This document shows positions 61,037 through 64,000 of a DNA stretch of 64,000 nt, piece by piece. Source of the DNA: Planktothrix sp. GU0601_MAG3 (lineage in GTDB: Bacteria > Cyanobacteriota > Cyanobacteriia > Cyanobacteriales > Microcoleaceae); assembly GCA_035193785.1 (NCBI GenBank), contig CP136572.1, forward strand, positions 2,100,578 to 2,164,577. Reading direction: 5' to 3'. Position 1 is the first letter of the stretch. Every line of letters starts with the position of its first letter. Both the position numbers and the translations under genes were made by a program. Below the pieces are notes generated by a model. The model searched no databases. It was given only the letters and a program-made list of their open reading frames with translations, and was not told the DNA's origin.

Positions 61037-62979
61037 AATTCATATTCATTCCCCCTAAAGGAACAGAAATTAAATCGTGAAATTGGGTATCTCTAATTCG
61101 TTTTAATTCCCACATCCATTTAGTTTCTGCGTCGATTTGTTGATAATATTTTTGAGCTAAATTTTGATGTTGAGCAACATCGGTTTCCCCCCATAATTTT
61201 AATGCCATATCTCGTCTTTTTTGACAAATAACGGTTTCAATAGACGCAATAGAACTGCGAATAACTAATTGGGGGCGACAAATATCAATTTCCGTATGTT
61301 CATCCAGATAAAATAGATGATAAAATTGTTTAGTTTGTTGATTTTTCTCTAAACAAACCTGTTGCAATTCCAGAATTAAATCCACCGAATCTAAACTCTT
61401 TTCAAATCGAGCCTCAATTTGGGCAATTTCTCGCCATAAAAACCGATGATGAGCCAAACTAAACTGTAAATCCCTGGCTTCTAACCCATCCATAATAGCT
61501 GGACGATATTCGGGACAATGCAGATAAATTCTGAGGAGTTTAACTTCTGCTTCTTCTAACAAACTGCGCTCGGAGTTTATACTAAGTAAATTATCAGAAG
61601 ATGGTTTATTTTTTACTGTTTCTAAATGGTGCTGATTGATTTGAGTTTGTAAATTTTTAGCCAAAAGAGAAACTAACCGATTTTGTCCTTGACTCAGAAG
61701 TTCAGCACAATATTGAATATAATGGGTGCGTTGCATTCCATTCTCAATTTTTTTTAATAATTCTACCATTTGTTTTGATACTTGCTGCGACTGGGCAACG
61801 GTTTCCAGGTTTTTTCCAATTAATAACCGTTGAATTTGCCAATCAATCCAAAATGGAGCATTAACCAATAATTTTTGATAATCTTCGGCGGAATTATGAA
61901 TTAAAAACTCATCGGGATCTTTCCCAGAAGGAATATTTAAAATCCGTAAATTAATATAACCTTGATAAGCCAGATCTTCAATTTCTCCGATCGCCCGTTT
62001 CAGCGGCTTTATTCCCCGCCACATCCGCATCAAAATTGAGAATAATTTGTTTAGATTCCGTATATCGAACTAACTGCCGAACTTGATTTAAACTTAACGC
62101 AGTGCCTAAAGAAGCCACAACATTTTCTATTCCGGCGGTATGTAAAGCAATTACATCAAAATATCCCTCGACAACAATTGCTTGATCCTGTTTACCGATG
62201 GCATTTTTTGCCTTATCCAACGCAAATAAAGTCTTACCTTTATCAAATAATTCGGTTTCGGGAGAATTGAGATATTTGGGCAGTTCATCCCCTAAACTTC
62301 TGCCCCCAAATCCAATAATTTTTCCCTGACTATCATGGATGGGAATCATTAACCGATCCCTAAACCGATCATAATATCCATTGCCTGTTTTTCTAGGTAC
62401 AATTAGCCCAGCTTGTTCGACTAATTCCGCCGGAAAATGTTTTTGTTCTACCAAATAATCATAGAGTGTTTCCCATCCTTGAGGAGCATATCCTAACTGA
62501 AAATATTGAATAGTATTTTCTTTGAGATTTCGTTTTAATTTTAAATAATCTAAGGCTTGAATTCCTTCCGGTTGTCTTAAAGTATATTGATAAAAACCCG
62601 TAGCGATCGCTAAAATTTCATATAATTGTTCTCGTAAAGAAATCTGTCTCTGTAATTCTTGACGTTTTTCTGGTTCCAAAGTTTTAACTGGAACTTGATA
62701 CCGTTTAGCTAACTCTAAAACCGTCTCACTAAAAGAACTTTTATCCAAATCCATCATAAATTTAATCGCATTTCCCGCCGCCCCGCATCCAAAACAATAA
62801 AACATTTGTTTCGTGGGACTCACGGTAAAACTAGGGGTTTTTTCATCATGGAAGGGACACAACCCCACAAAATCTTTCCCTCGTCGTTTCAACGAAACTT
62901 TTTCGGACACAATATCATAAATATCCGCCCTTTCTTTGACATCTTCTATTGTTTCTGGATGAATACGCGGAGTCAGCAT
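61035..62979 (-). CDS. dnaG: DNA primase (apparent +1 frameshift at ~61997)
   Basis: CPFHDEKTPSF...CFGC zinc finger, YYDRFRDRLMIPI, KYLNSPET, VEGYFDV, FDADVAG, KDPDE. Confidence 0.97.
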
Positions 62980-63077
62980 TGAGGATTAAAATAGAATGAT
63001 TAGTCTTTATTTTGCCATAAAATATCCTGAATGATCCTTCTAATCTTTATTGAAGAAAAATATCAAAATCAAATTAT

Positions 63078-63513
63078 TCATTTACCCATCCCTTCAATAC
63101 TCCAATCTTCAAACCTCAACCCAGGAAACTCGTTCAAAATCCTGTCGATTTCGTGTTACTAAAATTCCATTATTTGCCATGACAAGAGCAGCGATGCGTA
63201 AATCTTGCGTACCAATCCGAATTTTTTGACGCAATAACTCAAAATAACAATGATAAGATTCCTGATCAAAATTTATCACATTAATAGTTTGATAATACTT
63301 TAAAGTTTCTTCTAATCTGGCGTAAGCAAATAGAAGATCATCAGCAGATTTTGCTTTTTTAATTTGGTTTAAACGTCCATAAAACTGTTCTTCTACTGTA
63401 ACAATAGTAACTGCAACTTCTTCAGGATTAACTGTCATCACTCGTTGTATTACAACAGGATGTTGTCGTTGAAATAAGGAAATATGATCAGTATCTAATA
63501 TCCAAAAACTCAC
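63078..63513 (-). CDS. vapC: PIN-domain toxin (apparent +1 frameshift at ~63125)
   Basis: ILDTDHIS, VTVEEQ, DLRIAA, LVTRNRQDF; corrected end RVPGLRFEDWS. Confidence 0.9.
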
Positions 63514-63518
63514 TTTTT

Positions 63519-63884
63519 CTACTCCTCTCCATCAAGTTGACGATAATATTCTTCTGTTTCAGCATCTCTTTCACGACGATAATCTTCAATATCTTTGAGC
63601 ATTTCGTCAAAATAGGGATCATCTTTAAACATTCCTGCAAACTTCATCCAAGGATGTTCTGGTTTGGGTAGAGGAATTTCCAGTTGCACAATTTCACCTT
63701 GTTTCAGAATAGCATTAACTTGTTCTAATAACTGTTCTAGGGCCGCTTCTCGACTTGCACCCTTAGCTTTACAATCTAAACCTAATACTGTTACTATATA
63801 TTCCTGATTTTGTTGTTGAATTAACACAGGATAAGTCAATTTGGCAATAGATGAAGATGACGCTTGAATTAAGTTGGCGGTCAT
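63519..63884 (-). CDS. HicB-like antitoxin
   Basis: Y.VLI...Y.VTVLGL.CKAKGASREAAL (HicB RNase H-like N-terminus); HPWMKFAGMFKDDP; immediately upstream of the PIN gene. Confidence 0.75.
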   Translation of the reverse strand: MTANLIQASSSSIAKLTYPVLIQQQNQEYIVTVLGLDCKAKGASREAALEQLLEQVNAILKQGEIVQLEIPLPKPEHPWMKFAGMFKDDPYFDEMLKDIEDYRRERDAETEEYYRQLDGEE

Positions 63885-64000
63885 AGAACTATCCTTTTAT
63901 AGTCTAATTTAGTTTTATTATACACGATTTAAAGTTCTGAAAAAAGGTATTAGTCACGGGAGAACCTGGGCTTTTAGGTCAGAAATTAGGGTTGAGATTG

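Overview
Chromosomal window from a filamentous cyanobacterium, probably Oscillatoriales/Planktothrix-like (many HIP1 GCGATCGC sites, heptamer STRR repeats, GTAG-type REP palindromes, ado-aar alkane genes, ftn2, cdv3, sqdX). Mostly housekeeping genes (coaD, eno, holA, holB, tmk, dnaG, proA, gor, sbcD, cbiET) plus signalling genes (CyaB1-type cyclase, CikA-like kinase, two response regulators). Main points: (1) I traced 31 apparent frameshifts in 26 genes, including essential ones, and all fall at GAAC/GTTC read as GAAAC/GTTTC. This looks like a modification-driven sequencing error, and the motif matches the known Dnd phosphorothioate motif GpsAAC/GpsTTC. (2) A Rho_N/DUF4912 protein has its normally short SGVG stretch expanded to about 630 aa of hierarchical SG[VIA]GY[TS][QE] repeats. 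(3) A ~2200-aa acidic repeat protein, probably surface-located. (4) A ~1600-aa TPR-STAND-TM-WD40 NLR-like protein facing a small secreted peptide gene. (5) A short 6S-RNA-like element. (6) A MITE with 17-bp TIRs and 10-bp TSD, a REP tandem cluster and a 135-bp duplication upstream of ftn2. No rRNA, tRNA, CRISPR array or transposase was seen. All family assignments come from motif recognition by eye, not database searches.
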